A stretch of 64,000 bases of DNA from Acidobacteriaceae bacterium (GCA_028283655.1 JAPWKE010000001.1:25082-89081), one strand, 5' to 3'; counted from the first letter of the stretch, positions 47,624 to 57,431 are shown. The notes: generated by a model not told the origin, from the sequence alone. Numbers and translations: made by a program.

Positions 47624-49108
47624 CTAGCTCAGCACCCAGGTGTCCTTGGAGCCGCCGCCCTGCGAGCTGTTGACGACCAGCGAGCCGCGCTTGAGCGCCA
47701 CGCGGGTCAGGCCGCCGGGAACGATCGTCACCTTGTCGCCGTAGAGCACATAGGGGCGCAGATCGACGTGGCGGGGTTCGAGTTCGTCGCCGATCAGGCA
47801 CGGGGCGCGCGAGAAGCTGATCGTCGGCTGCGCGATGTAGTTGTTCGGATTTGTGCGGATCTTCTCTGCGAACGCCGCACGTTCCTTTGGCGTGGCGTGG
47901 GGGCCGATCAGCATGCCGTAGCCGCCGCTCTCGCCCACAGCCTTTACGACCAGCTTGTCGAGGTTCGCCAACACGTGCTCGCGCTCCTTGGGGATACGGC
48001 ACAGGAAGGTCTTTACGTTGTTCAGAATCGGATCTTCGCCGAGGTAGTACTTGATGATGTCAGGGACGAACGCGTAGAGCGCCTTGTCATCAGCCACGCC
48101 TGTTCCGAAGGCGTTCGCCAGCGTCACATTGCCGGCGCGATAGGCGTTGAAGATGCCGGCAACGCCGAGGATGGTGTCCGGGCGGAACGCCAGCGGATCG
48201 ATGAAGTCGTCGTCGACGCGGCGGTAGATCACGTCCACGCGGCGCAGGCCGCTGGTCGTACGCATGTAGCAGATGTTGTCGTGGACGACGAGATCGCGGC
48301 CTTCTACCAGCTCAATGCCCATCTGGCGCGCGAGGTACGCGTGCTCAAAGTACGCCGAGTTGAAGACGCCCGGCGAGAGCAGAACGATGTTTGGCTCGGG
48401 GCGGCCTTCCGGTGCGAGCGAGCGCAGCGTTCCCAGCAGAACCTGGGTGTAATGCTCGATCGGGCGCACGTTGTAGTGGCGGAAGAGCTGGGGGAAGATG
48501 CGCTTCATCACGCGGCGGTTGGTCAGCATATAGCTGACGCCCGACGGGACGCGCAGATTGTCTTCCAGCACCACAAACTCGCCGTTCTGCATACGGATCA
48601 GGTCCGTTCCACAGATCGCGACGTAGACGTTGCGCGGAACCTGGAGGCCGACCATGTGGCGGCGGTACTGCGGGCAGGAGTAGACTAGTTCGCGCAGGAC
48701 GACGTTGTCCTTCAGGATCCTGCCTTCGTTGTAAATGTCCTTCAGGAACATGTTCAGCGCGGTGATTCGCTGGGTCAGCCCGCGCTCTACCCGCTCCCAT
48801 TCGGCGGAGGTGATGATGCGGGGGAGCAAATCGTACGGGAAAATTTTTTCTGTGCCTTCTTCGCGTCCGTAGACGGTGAAGGTGATGCCCTGGTTCAGGA
48901 AGCTGAGGTCGGCGGCCTGCTTGCGGCGCTGAACTTCGGCGGGCGGCAGCTCGGCAAAAAGCTCGAGAAGCGGCTCGTAGTGCGGGTGCAGAGCGTTTGG
49001 CCCGGCGAACATCTCGTCGTAGGCTTCATCCAGCTGGTAGTTCGCCAGTGCGGCCATTTGCTGGGAGAGAACAGCTTGCGAAGCGTCCGATGCGGTGCGA
49101 TTGTCCAT
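47624..49108 (-). CDS. circularly permuted type-2 ATP-grasp protein
   Basis: YDEMFAGPNALHPHYEPLLELF...FLNQGITFTVYG...PGVFNSAYFEHAYLARQMGIELVEGRDL...VVKAVGESGGYGMLIGP. Confidence 0.88.
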   Translation of the reverse strand: MDNRTASDASQAVLSQQMAALANYQLDEAYDEMFAGPNALHPHYEPLLELFAELPPAEVQRRKQAADLSFLNQGITFTVYGREEGTEKIFPYDLLPRIITSAEWERVERGLTQRITALNMFLKDIYNEGRILKDNVVLRELVYSCPQYRRHMVGLQVPRNVYVAICGTDLIRMQNGEFVVLEDNLRVPSGVSYMLTNRRVMKRIFPQLFRHYNVRPIEHYTQVLLGTLRSLAPEGRPEPNIVLLSPGVFNSAYFEHAYLARQMGIELVEGRDLVVHDNICYMRTTSGLRRVDVIYRRVDDDFIDPLAFRPDTILGVAGIFNAYRAGNVTLANAFGTGVADDKALYAFVPDIIKYYLGEDPILNNVKTFLCRIPKEREHVLANLDKLVVKAVGESGGYGMLIGPHATPKERAAFAEKIRTNPNNYIAQPTISFSRAPCLIGDELEPRHVDLRPYVLYGDKVTIVPGGLTRVALKRGSLVVNSSQGGGSKDTWVLS

Positions 49109-49262
49109 AGAGTGGCCTCAGTATAGGCGAAGCTTCTTCCTCCCGCGCACCCTCTGTGAGATAAACTGAAAGCGACGCGCCGAAAGCCGAAAATTCCCAT
49201 TCTCCGGTGTGCTCCGCTCAGGAGCCCGTTTCTCCTCACGCGCGTCCAGACAAGGACAAGTT

Positions 49263-51089
49263 TTGAGCCAGCAGCCCATTCGCAATATCGCCATCATCGC
49301 GCACGTCGACCACGGTAAGACTACCCTCGTCGACGCTATGCTTCGCCAGTCCGGCACTTTCCGCACCAACGAAGCCGTTGTCGACCGCGTCATGGACTCC
49401 AACGACCTTGAAAAAGAGCGCGGCATCACGATTCTCGCCAAGAACACCGCGATCCACTACAAGGATTCGAAGATCAACATCGTCGATACCCCGGGCCACG
49501 CCGACTTCGGCGGCGAAGTAGAGCGCGCCCTCAAGATGGTCGACGGCGTTGTTCTGCTCGTGGACGCTTCGGAAGGCCCGTTGCCGCAAACGCGCTACGT
49601 GCTCTCGAAGGCCCTCGAAGCCAAGCTGACGCCGATCGTCGTCGTCAACAAGATCGATCGTCCCGACGCGCGTCCCCAGGAAGTGCTGAACGAGGTCTAT
49701 GACCTGTTCATCGACCTTGACGCCGACGAGTCGGTCCTCGAGTTCCCGGTGATCTACACCAACGGCAAGGCCGGCACCGCGACCATGGACCTCGACAAGC
49801 CGGGTACAGATCTCGAGCCCCTCTTCGAGCTGATCCTCGCCAGCATTCCCGAGGCCCCCGGCACCGCCGACGGTCCGCTGCAGATCCTGGTCACGAACCT
49901 CGACTACTCGGATTACCTCGGTCGCCTGGCCATCGGTCGTGTCTTCAACGGCACGCTCAAGACCGGCCAGGAAGTCACACTCTCGCGCGTAGACGGCTCG
50001 CTCGTGCCCGTGAAGATCACCAAGCTCTTCACCTACGACGGCCTCAAGCGCGTCGATACCAACGAGACGCAGGTCGGTGACATCATCGCCGTCGCCGGTA
50101 TCGAAAACATCACCATCGGCGAAAGCTTCTGCGCTATTGAAAACCCGCAGCCTCTGCCGATCATCAAGATCGACGAGCCGACGATCGCCATCATGTTCGC
50201 CGTCAACAACGGCCCCTTCGCTGGTAAGGAAGGCAAGCTCGTTACGTCGCGCAACATTAAGGAGCGTCTTGACCGCGAGCTGCTGACGAACGTCTCGATC
50301 CGCGTGGAAGACACCGGCTCTCCTGACACGTTCAAGGTCATGGGCCGTGGCGAACTCCAGCTCTCGGTGCTCATCGAAATGATGCGCCGCGAAGGCTTCG
50401 AGCTTATGGTTTCGCGTCCCACGATCGTGACCCGCCGCATCGACGGCGCTCTGATGGAGCCCTCCGAAGTTCTCTCGGTGGACGTTCCGGAAGAGTTCTC
50501 GGGCACCGTCATCATGAAGCTCGGACCGCGCAAGGGCGAGATGACGAAGATGGCAAACCACGGCTCCGGCCGTGTCCGCATGGAGTTCAAGGTTCCGTCG
50601 CGTGGTCTTATCGGCCTGCGCAACGAAATGCTGACCGAAACGCGCGGCACCATCATCATGAACTCCATCGCAGGCGAGTACATCCCGTACACCGGTGAGA
50701 TCCCACAGCGTCCTACGGGCGCTCTGATCTCCGACCGTACCGGCACCACGACCCTCTACGCGCTCGACGGCGTACAGGAGCGCGGCGTGCTCTTCCTCGG
50801 CGACGGCGTCGAAGTCTACGAGGGCATGCTCATCGGTGAGCACTCGCGTGACAACGATCTCGACGTCAACTGCGTTCGCGAAAAGAAGCTCACGAACATG
50901 CGTGCTTCCGGTTCGGATGACGCTGTCCGCCTCGTTCCGTTCAAGGCCCTGACGCTCGAGCAGTCCATCGAGTTCATCGCCGACGACGAACTGGTCGAAG
51001 TCACCCCGAAGTCGATTCGTATGCGTAAGAAGATCCTCCAGGCGAACCGCCGTCCCAAGGGCACGCGTGGCGGCTCTACCCTCGAGTAA
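49263..51089 (+). CDS. typA: translational GTPase TypA/BipA
   Basis: [36 protein letters not shown] and NKIDR are present. I place the start at TTG 49263 (AAGGA 6 nt upstream). The track ORF opens at 49209. Confidence 0.95.
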   Translation: MSQQPIRNIAIIAHVDHGKTTLVDAMLRQSGTFRTNEAVVDRVMDSNDLEKERGITILAKNTAIHYKDSKINIVDTPGHADFGGEVERALKMVDGVVLLVDASEGPLPQTRYVLSKALEAKLTPIVVVNKIDRPDARPQEVLNEVYDLFIDLDADESVLEFPVIYTNGKAGTATMDLDKPGTDLEPLFELILASIPEAPGTADGPLQILVTNLDYSDYLGRLAIGRVFNGTLKTGQEVTLSRVDGSLVPVKITKLFTYDGLKRVDTNETQVGDIIAVAGIENITIGESFCAIENPQPLPIIKIDEPTIAIMFAVNNGPFAGKEGKLVTSRNIKERLDRELLTNVSIRVEDTGSPDTFKVMGRGELQLSVLIEMMRREGFELMVSRPTIVTRRIDGALMEPSEVLSVDVPEEFSGTVIMKLGPRKGEMTKMANHGSGRVRMEFKVPSRGLIGLRNEMLTETRGTIIMNSIAGEYIPYTGEIPQRPTGALISDRTGTTTLYALDGVQERGVLFLGDGVEVYEGMLIGEHSRDNDLDVNCVREKKLTNMRASGSDDAVRLVPFKALTLEQSIEFIADDELVEVTPKSIRMRKKILQANRRPKGTRGGSTLE

Positions 51090-51099
51090 CGAACACTGC

Positions 51100-51142
51100 A
51101 GCAACGACAACGGCCTCCTTCGCGGAGGCCGTTGTCGTTGCT
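51100..51142. terminator. bidirectional hairpin between typA and the tetR-like gene
   Basis: AGCAACGACAACGGCCTCC pairs with GGAGGCCGTTGTCGTTGCT, a perfect 19-bp stem. Confidence 0.7.
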
Positions 51143-51151
51143 ACTCGTTCT

Positions 51152-51742
51152 TCAGGCGCGTGTTCCCGCGATCAAAATGTCGATCAGACGCCGCGCGCTG
51201 GCCTCCCAGCCGGGAACGGCCGTGGTGTGGAAGACGCCGACGAACGCTCGGATCAGGTCGCCGGGCTCTGTATCGGCGCGCAGCTCTCCGCTGTCGATCG
51301 CTCTTTGAATGGCCCGCGCGAATGCTCCATGGGTGCGCTCGCGCGAGCCTCCGATCAGCCGCATGGCTCCGCCCTCCACGGTATCCATTGCGGGGATGAT
51401 GAGCGTCTTCTGAGCCACGTGATCGACAAACACGTGCATCCACGTCCGCAGAGCTTCCAGCGGCGGCAGTTGGTCGGCCAGGCGGTCGGCAGCGTTGGTC
51501 AGCTTCTCTACCTCGCTGTAATACACCGCTTCAATCAACGCCTCACGCGTCGGGAAGTGCCGGTAAAGCGTCCCGGAGCCGACTTCCGCGTTGCGGGCGA
51601 TGTCATCAAGGCTCGTCTCAGCTCCGTCGCGTTTAAACGCTTCTTTGGCCACCTCCAGAATGCGCTCACGGTTCCGCTGCGCATCGGCGCGTAGCTTACG
51701 TGTGGGCGGGGCCGCGGGAGTTGAGGTGTTTCTCGTCATCAA
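51152..51742 (-). CDS. TetR/AcrR-family transcriptional regulator
   Basis: RADAQRNRERILEVAKEAFKRDGAETSLDDIARNAEVGSGTLYRHFPTREALIEAVY. Confidence 0.92.
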   Translation of the reverse strand: MMTRNTSTPAAPPTRKLRADAQRNRERILEVAKEAFKRDGAETSLDDIARNAEVGSGTLYRHFPTREALIEAVYYSEVEKLTNAADRLADQLPPLEALRTWMHVFVDHVAQKTLIIPAMDTVEGGAMRLIGGSRERTHGAFARAIQRAIDSGELRADTEPGDLIRAFVGVFHTTAVPGWEASARRLIDILIAGTRA

Positions 51743-51763
51743 AACAAATCTTCTAAAAATATT

Positions 51764-51806
51764 GCAACCGGAGGCTGTCTCCGTTTATCTCTATATGCGG
51801 AGACTA
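51764..51806. promoter_or_regulatory. divergent promoter/operator region (IR GTCTCCG-N14-CGGAGAC)
   Basis: TTGCAA at 51764-51769, a 17-nt spacer, then TTATCT. It overlaps the inverted repeat GTCTCCG (51779-51785) / CGGAGAC (51800-51806). A direct repeat CCGTTT(T)ATCT occurs at 51783 and 51812. Confidence 0.35.
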
Positions 51807-51883
51807 TCCCCGTTTTATCTGGCGGGGTTGGGAAAGTCAATTTGGCGCCACTCCGCCGCGCCCATCACCGCAGGAGAGAGAAC

Positions 51884-52768
51884 ATGCGTGTATTTGTTAC
51901 AGGAGCGACCGGTTTTATCGGAACGGAGCTGGTGAAGGAGCTGATTAAGGCTGGCCATCAGGTGCGCGGCCTTACGCGGAGCGAAGAGGGCGCTGAGCAG
52001 TTGAAGGCTACCGGAGCGGAACCGCATCGTGGAACGCTCACGGACCTCGAGAGCCTGCGGAGCGGCACGAAGGACATGGATGCGGTTGTCCACCTCGCCT
52101 TCAGCCATGACTTCGCCAACTTTGCTCAGAACGCCATCGACGAGCAGCACGCCATCGATGCCCTGGGTTCTTCCATGGAGCCGGGCAAGCTGCTGGTTGT
52201 CACGTCCGGCACGGGCCTTGCCAGCGGCGCTCCCGGGCACCTGCGCCTCGAGAGCGACCCGCCTGCTGAGAACTCGCACGTTCCCCGCCGTCCCGAGCAG
52301 AAGGCCAAAGCCTTCGTCGACAAGGGGCTTCGTGTCGCGGTTGTGCGCCTGCCGCAGGTACACGACACGCACAAGCAGGGGCTCGTTCCGCTGCTGACGC
52401 AGTTGGCCCGGGAGAAGGGTGAGTCGGCGTACATCGGGGATGGCTCGGCGCGCTGGGCTGCCGCTCCGCTCCCGGCGGTGGCAGAGCTTTATCGCCGTGT
52501 CGTCGAGCAGAACGGCGACGGCTATACCGTGTACCACGCGGTGCAGGAAGAAGGCGTTTCGATGAAGGAAGTGGCGGAGACGCTTGGCAAGGGACTGAAC
52601 GTCCCGGTTGTCTCGATCACGCCCGAGCAGGCTCCCGCGCACTTTGGCTGGTTCGCTGGCTTCGCGGGTCTGGACATGCCGGCCTCCAGCGAGTGGACGC
52701 AAAAGACGCTGGGCTGGAACCCCGTAGGCCCTGGCCTTATCGAAGACCTGACCAACATGAAGTACTAG
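51884..52768 (+). CDS. NAD(P)-binding SDR/NmrA-like oxidoreductase
   Basis: MRVFVTGATGFIGTELVKELIKAGHQVRGLTR. GGAGAG SD. Divergent from the TetR gene. Confidence 0.88.
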   Translation: MRVFVTGATGFIGTELVKELIKAGHQVRGLTRSEEGAEQLKATGAEPHRGTLTDLESLRSGTKDMDAVVHLAFSHDFANFAQNAIDEQHAIDALGSSMEPGKLLVVTSGTGLASGAPGHLRLESDPPAENSHVPRRPEQKAKAFVDKGLRVAVVRLPQVHDTHKQGLVPLLTQLAREKGESAYIGDGSARWAAAPLPAVAELYRRVVEQNGDGYTVYHAVQEEGVSMKEVAETLGKGLNVPVVSITPEQAPAHFGWFAGFAGLDMPASSEWTQKTLGWNPVGPGLIEDLTNMKY

Positions 52769-52782
52769 CCTCAACAGCAAAC

Positions 52783-52820
52783 AGAGACGGCCTGTGCGAT
52801 TCGTCGCACAGGCCGTCTCT
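52783..52820. terminator. bidirectional terminator
   Basis: AGAGACGGCCTGTGCGA-TTCG-TCGCACAGGCCGTCTCT, a perfect 17-bp stem. Confidence 0.8.
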
Positions 52821-52838
52821 ATTGGAAGCCGGAATGGG

Positions 52839-53147
52839 TTACGCCGCTTTTCCTGATCTCTCCACGGGAAGAGCGATCTTTTTAACGCTGCGCGGCTTCA
52901 GCTTCTCTGCGATATGCAGGTCGTAAGCCACCTGCATGTCGAGCCAGAAGCGGGCCTTGCCTACTCCTGCGAGTTCCAGGCGGCAGGCCAGATCTGCGCT
53001 GAGAGCAGCTCTTTCATTCAGCACGCGGGACAACGTGACCCGCGATATACCGAGGCGATCAGCAGCCTCTGTCACGCTCATCTTCAGCGGTTCGAAGACG
53101 TCATGCTTCAGCAGTGCGCCTGGATGAGTTCTTTTGTTCAGCGGCAT
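52839..53147 (-). CDS. higA: HigA-family antitoxin (XRE HTH)
   Basis: HPGALLKHDVFEPLKMSVTEAADRLGISRVTLSRVLNERAALSADLACRLE. Confidence 0.88.
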   Translation of the reverse strand: MPLNKRTHPGALLKHDVFEPLKMSVTEAADRLGISRVTLSRVLNERAALSADLACRLELAGVGKARFWLDMQVAYDLHIAEKLKPRSVKKIALPVERSGKAA

Positions 53148-53158
53148 GGTGTCTTTCC

Positions 53159-53436
53159 TCAGTGATAGTCGCGATAGTCCACAAGCTCGACATTTACGCC
53201 GACAAAGCGAACGTCACTCTCCAGTTTCCGTTCACCCAAAGAGACCAGTGGCCGGACAGATCACCCTTGAGCGCGTGCAGGCCGAAGCCCGGAAAGCGGA
53301 TGTCGTCGGGCTCCCGGGCGTTATCAAGAGCATCGAGCAGGCGCGCGAGCTTCCCAGCGTGAGCAGACTGTATGCCGCGCTTCGATCCTGTCCGGTAAAA
53401 CTCTTCAAGTCCCTTGTGCCGGAAGCTGACGATCAC
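53159..53436 (-). pseudogene. higB: HigB-family toxin with a 1-nt frameshift near the 3' end
   Basis: MIVSFRHKGLEEFYRTGSKRGIQSAHAGKLARLLDALD...GDLSGHWSLWVNGNWRVTF then reads ALSA-stop at 53194. A shifted frame continues RFVGVNVELVDYRDYH-stop at 53159, which is the canonical HigB C-terminus ending 11 nt before higA. Confidence 0.7.
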
Positions 53437-53477
53437 TTCGTTGACTGTAACGCCAGGCGATACAGTCGGTCAACGTT

Positions 53478-54788
53478 TTACTTTGCCGCAGCCAGCATCT
53501 CGGCAGCGACCTTCTCGCGCCAGGCGGCGTACGTCAGCTTCGACTGCATCTTCTCCCACTCCGCATCCGGCAGCACGGTCATCTGCTCGCGCGTTAGCGC
53601 AGGGAAGCCCTGACCGACCGCGTGCAGACCGCCTTCGCGGCTTTCGACAAGGTAGTTCTTGCTGATCTGCGCGTGGTTGGCGATCACCCATTCGCTAATG
53701 TGCGTCGTGCCCTGCGCCTGAATCTCCGCGTCTGTTTTCCAGTTGGCGAAGTGCAGTTGCTTGTTCAGCCACTCCACGCCTTCCACTGTCACCCAGGAGG
53801 GCCGATGGTCCACGGTTGCCGGGTAGGTGATGCTGGTAAAGATGTTCTCCGGCTTCAGCCCGGGCGTCGCCACTACGCGGGCCCGCATGGCGGCAAACCA
53901 GTCGGCGTCGTGGTGGGGAATATCCATCACGTGGTCGCCGAGCCCGTTCATCACGAGCGTTGGTCCGCGCTTCGCGTTCAGGTAGAAGATGTCGTAGCCG
54001 CGTTCGGGCTTGCCATCACGCATCATCAGCGGCTTCAGGGCGCGATACGGCGGCCCCTGGCAGGGGTTCTTGTTCACGTCGAAGTAGCCGGTATTGTCGT
54101 CGTACGTTCCGCCCCCAGAGAGCAGCAGAGCGTGGAAGTGGGGTGCGTCAGGATGCTTTGGAGAGTAGTCCTGCAGCTCTGCCCCGGCGATGCCGGTGAT
54201 GTACGCGCCCATGCTGAAGCCCACGGCACCCAGCCGCTTGGTGTCCACGTCCGGCCGCGAGGCCAGGTAGCGTAACGCCTGGTCGAAGTCCACCTGCATC
54301 AGCCCCGCGACCCGGCGCCCCCAGGCGTCGAAGGGAATGCCGTCGGGGGCTCCTGCGTCATGCGGCGACGGAGAAGAGAGCGATTTGCGCCCGGCATTGC
54401 GTTCGCCTTCGCCGATCGTGTCGTAAGTCACGACGACTGCACCGGCCTTGGCGAACATCAGCCCCGAGTAAAACGAGTACCAGCCGTACTTGTCCTGCCC
54501 ATGTCCGTTTACGACGACCATTCCCGGCAGTTTGCCCTTGTGCGGCCTGGTCGGGCGGAAGATCAGGGCTGGCACCACCATGCCGTCGGCTGTGTTGTAG
54601 GTCACGCGGTCGACGGAGACGCCGGGCATGGCCTCCGCGCTCGACCATAAGTGGCTTTCGAGGGGCGGCAGTTGCGCCGGAATGTCATACGCCTGCCGGA
54701 TCGCGTCGCGCATCGTGTTGTCGGTGGTCTGGGCTGGCAGCGAAGAGGCAAGGACGAGGAGCGAGCAAAAGGGGGCAAGCCAACGCAT
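53478..54788 (-). CDS. secreted alpha/beta hydrolase (esterase/peptidase-like)
   Basis: Signal peptide MRWLAPFCSLLVLASSLPAQ. Nucleophile elbow GAVGFSMGAY (GxSxG). Confidence 0.82.
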   Translation of the reverse strand: MRWLAPFCSLLVLASSLPAQTTDNTMRDAIRQAYDIPAQLPPLESHLWSSAEAMPGVSVDRVTYNTADGMVVPALIFRPTRPHKGKLPGMVVVNGHGQDKYGWYSFYSGLMFAKAGAVVVTYDTIGEGERNAGRKSLSSPSPHDAGAPDGIPFDAWGRRVAGLMQVDFDQALRYLASRPDVDTKRLGAVGFSMGAYITGIAGAELQDYSPKHPDAPHFHALLLSGGGTYDDNTGYFDVNKNPCQGPPYRALKPLMMRDGKPERGYDIFYLNAKRGPTLVMNGLGDHVMDIPHHDADWFAAMRARVVATPGLKPENIFTSITYPATVDHRPSWVTVEGVEWLNKQLHFANWKTDAEIQAQGTTHISEWVIANHAQISKNYLVESREGGLHAVGQGFPALTREQMTVLPDAEWEKMQSKLTYAAWREKVAAEMLAAAK

Positions 54789-54846
54789 GGACGGAAGGAT
54801 ACCGCGTTGCGGATACGGCTGGCCAAGCTAGAATGACCGCACCGGC

Positions 54847-56283
54847 ATGAACCTTTACGCGATCGTCCTCGGCATCATCGTTATCACGCTTCTCGGCGTC
54901 TCGCTCGCCCGCCTCGGCAAGGTGAAAACCAAGGCTGATTACCTTGTCGCGGGCCGCTCGCTCCCGGCCTTTGTGCTGGTCTTCACGCTGCTTTCGAGCT
55001 GGATCGGCTCCGGCTCGCTGCTCGGTGGGGCAGAGAACGCCTATCGCCACGGATTCGCCGCGCTCTGGCAGGCATCTGGTGGCTGGATCGGGCTGCTGCT
55101 CATCTACTTCATCGCTCCACGCGCGCGAAAGTTTGCGCAATTCACGATCCCCGACCTGCTGGAGTCGCGCTACAACCAGACCGCGCGTTTGCTTGGCGTG
55201 ATTGCCGTGCTGTTCACCTACACGGCCATCACCAGCTACCAGTTCATCGGCGGCGGCGACATCATCCACCTCATCTTCCCGGGCGTTTCGTCGACGAACG
55301 GAGCGTACATTCTCGCGGGCTTCGTCATCGTCTTCACGGCCATCGCGGGAATGGGTTCAGTGGCTTACATGGATGTCGTCATCGGAATGCTTGCAACTGT
55401 CACGCTCATCGTGGCGCTGCCGGTGCTCATCCATCTTGCTGGAGGCTGGTCTGCCGTCCACGCTGCGCTTCCCGCCACGCACTTCCAGCTCTTCGGCGAC
55501 ATCCGGCCCATCAACGCGGCTGAACTGTTCCTGCCTACCTGCCTGCTTATGCTCGGCAACCAGTCGATGTACCAGAAGTTCTTTTCGGCCAAAACGGAGC
55601 GAGACGCCACCGTCGCCGTCGGTGGCTGGATGGTCGGCACTATCATTCTGGAAACAGTGATCGTAGGCGTCGCGGTCGTTGGCTCCGCGCTCTTCCGCAC
55701 TGGGGAAGTCGCCGACCATCCGCGCGAGATCCTCGCGTACACCGCGACTCACGCCTTCGGCGGCTCGCATCTGCTCAACATCCTCGGCGCGCTCCTGGTC
55801 GGAGCCATCTTTGCGAAGGTCGTCTCCACGGCGAACAATTACCTCTTCTCGCCCGCGACCAACCTCGTCAACGATGTCTTCGTCCGCTACATTCGCCCCG
55901 AAGCGGGCAACAGCGAAATCCTGATGGTGTCTCGCGTCATGGTCGTTGCGCTCGGTTGCTGGGCTCTGGTGCAGGCTCTGCACATCAAGAGTGTGCTGGC
56001 GATGAGCCTCTACGCGTACACGATTTACTCGGCGGCACTCACGCCGGTTATCCTGGCGGCGTTCTTCTGGCGCCGCGCGACGGCAGCCGGCGCAGTCTCG
56101 TCGATCGCTGCAGGAACGATTGTGACGGTAGGTTGGAAGTACCTCACACCGCATCTTCCGCCGGTGCTCGCTCAGCGCGACGCCATCCTGCCTGCGTTGA
56201 TCCTCTCGGTTGTTGGCCTCGTTGTTGTGAGCTTCCTGACAGCTGCTCCGAGTGAGGCGAAGCTTCGTCCTTTCGAGGGGTAG
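54847..56283 (+). CDS. sodium:solute symporter (SSS) family transporter
   Basis: About 13 TM segments. The N-terminus ADYLVAGRSLPAFVLVFTLLSSWIGSGSLLGGAENAY is typical of the SSS family. Confidence 0.88.
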   Translation: MNLYAIVLGIIVITLLGVSLARLGKVKTKADYLVAGRSLPAFVLVFTLLSSWIGSGSLLGGAENAYRHGFAALWQASGGWIGLLLIYFIAPRARKFAQFTIPDLLESRYNQTARLLGVIAVLFTYTAITSYQFIGGGDIIHLIFPGVSSTNGAYILAGFVIVFTAIAGMGSVAYMDVVIGMLATVTLIVALPVLIHLAGGWSAVHAALPATHFQLFGDIRPINAAELFLPTCLLMLGNQSMYQKFFSAKTERDATVAVGGWMVGTIILETVIVGVAVVGSALFRTGEVADHPREILAYTATHAFGGSHLLNILGALLVGAIFAKVVSTANNYLFSPATNLVNDVFVRYIRPEAGNSEILMVSRVMVVALGCWALVQALHIKSVLAMSLYAYTIYSAALTPVILAAFFWRRATAAGAVSSIAAGTIVTVGWKYLTPHLPPVLAQRDAILPALILSVVGLVVVSFLTAAPSEAKLRPFEG

Positions 56284-56437
56284 GATTGCGTGTTTTGCGC
56301 GTAAATGTAGCGAAGTTTTCGTGAAAACCGCCGGCGTTTGCGGGTATAAGTGCCTTGAAGCCGACGTGGTGGTGAAAACCTGCATCCTACCGACCACGGC
56401 CGCGCTCCCAAATCATCCGCCGTCCCGGAGGACTCTC

Positions 56438-56953
56438 ATGGCAGCTCCCACTCCCATCGACCCGATCAAGCAGATAGGCAACGACGCCACCGCAACCTTT
56501 GAGAACGATCCGAAGTTCATCGAGCCCACTCCTGGCTCGGAAGGCTCCAGCGAGAACGTCGAAGAGCAGCGCAAGGCGCAGGCAGGCCTCTTCGCTCGTG
56601 ACACCGACGACCTCATCGACTCCGACGAAGACGAAGATGTTGAGGATGAAGACGATGAAGACGATGAAGACGACGAAGAGTATGAAGACGAGGATGACGA
56701 AGAGTATGAGGATGAGGACGATGAAGACGACGAGGAGTTGGAGGACGACGAAGACGAAGTAGCTGCTTCGCCCGCTCTCGTGGCCTCCGGCAGCGATCTC
56801 AGCGACGAACCCGATGACGATGCAGGTGATGTCGACATGGGCGTGAGCGAAGATGAGATCACGGAGGACGACCTCGACACCGACCGCCTCGTGGCTGCCG
56901 CCATGAAGGTTTTCTCTCACCATGTTGCGGCGATGTCGCAGCACAGCCTCTAA
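56438..56953 (+). CDS. extremely acidic low-complexity protein (171 aa)
   Basis: GGAGG lies 6 nt before ATG 56438. A 47-residue run (nt 56618-56758) is DSDEDEDVEDEDDEDDEDDEEYEDEDDEEYEDEDDEDDEELEDDEDE, with 42 of 47 residues D/E. Confidence 0.75.
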   Translation: MAAPTPIDPIKQIGNDATATFENDPKFIEPTPGSEGSSENVEEQRKAQAGLFARDTDDLIDSDEDEDVEDEDDEDDEDDEEYEDEDDEEYEDEDDEDDEELEDDEDEVAASPALVASGSDLSDEPDDDAGDVDMGVSEDEITEDDLDTDRLVAAAMKVFSHHVAAMSQHSL

Positions 56954-56969
56954 CGGAGTTCTCTGCTTC

Positions 56970-57431
56970 ATGTCTCAGAATCGTGTGCTTTGGAAAGGTC
57001 TGGTCGCTGGCCTTGTCGCCGGTCTTGTTGCGACGGCGGCGAAAACTGCAGCGGAGAAGTTCTATCCTCCCCGTGTTCACGGCGAGCCGGAGCCCCCGGA
57101 GGCGCTGGCAGAGAAGCTTGCCGGGCACAGCCTTGAGGAAGCTCCGCGAGCGTTTGCTGCGGAGAGCATTCACTGGGGCTTCGGTGCTGCTGCCGGAGCG
57201 GCCTATGGTGCGCTTGCCGAGTACTTTCCTGCTGCAACCAGTAAGGAAGGCGCGACCTTCGGCTTAACGCTGATGTCGCTGACCCACGAGGGTGCGTTAC
57301 CCGCTCTGGGGCTTGCGGCGGAACCCGAAGAGCAGGGTCTTCGCGAACATACTTCGGAGGCTGCGACGCACGTTCTCTACGGCGTGGTTGCAGAGAAAAC
57401 GCGAGCGTTTGTTCGTCGCCTGCTCGACTAA
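56970..57431 (+). CDS. small membrane protein (DUF1440-like)
   Basis: MSQNRVLWKGLVAGLVAGLVATAAKTAAEKFYPPR...IHWGFGAAAGAAYGALAEY. The family name is from memory. Confidence 0.7.
   Translation: MSQNRVLWKGLVAGLVAGLVATAAKTAAEKFYPPRVHGEPEPPEALAEKLAGHSLEEAPRAFAAESIHWGFGAAAGAAYGALAEYFPAATSKEGATFGLTLMSLTHEGALPALGLAAEPEEQGLREHTSEAATHVLYGVVAEKTRAFVRRLLD

Noticed and set aside
49236-51110. 624-aa minus-strand ORF
   Set aside because: It is an exact antisense shadow of typA, which has unambiguous GTPase motifs.
56387-56971. Ser-rich and Phe/Val-rich minus-strand ORFs opposite the acidic protein gene
   Set aside because: They are mirror-image low-complexity frames generated by the GA-rich repeat. Only the plus-strand frame has an SD (GGAGG) and non-repetitive termini.
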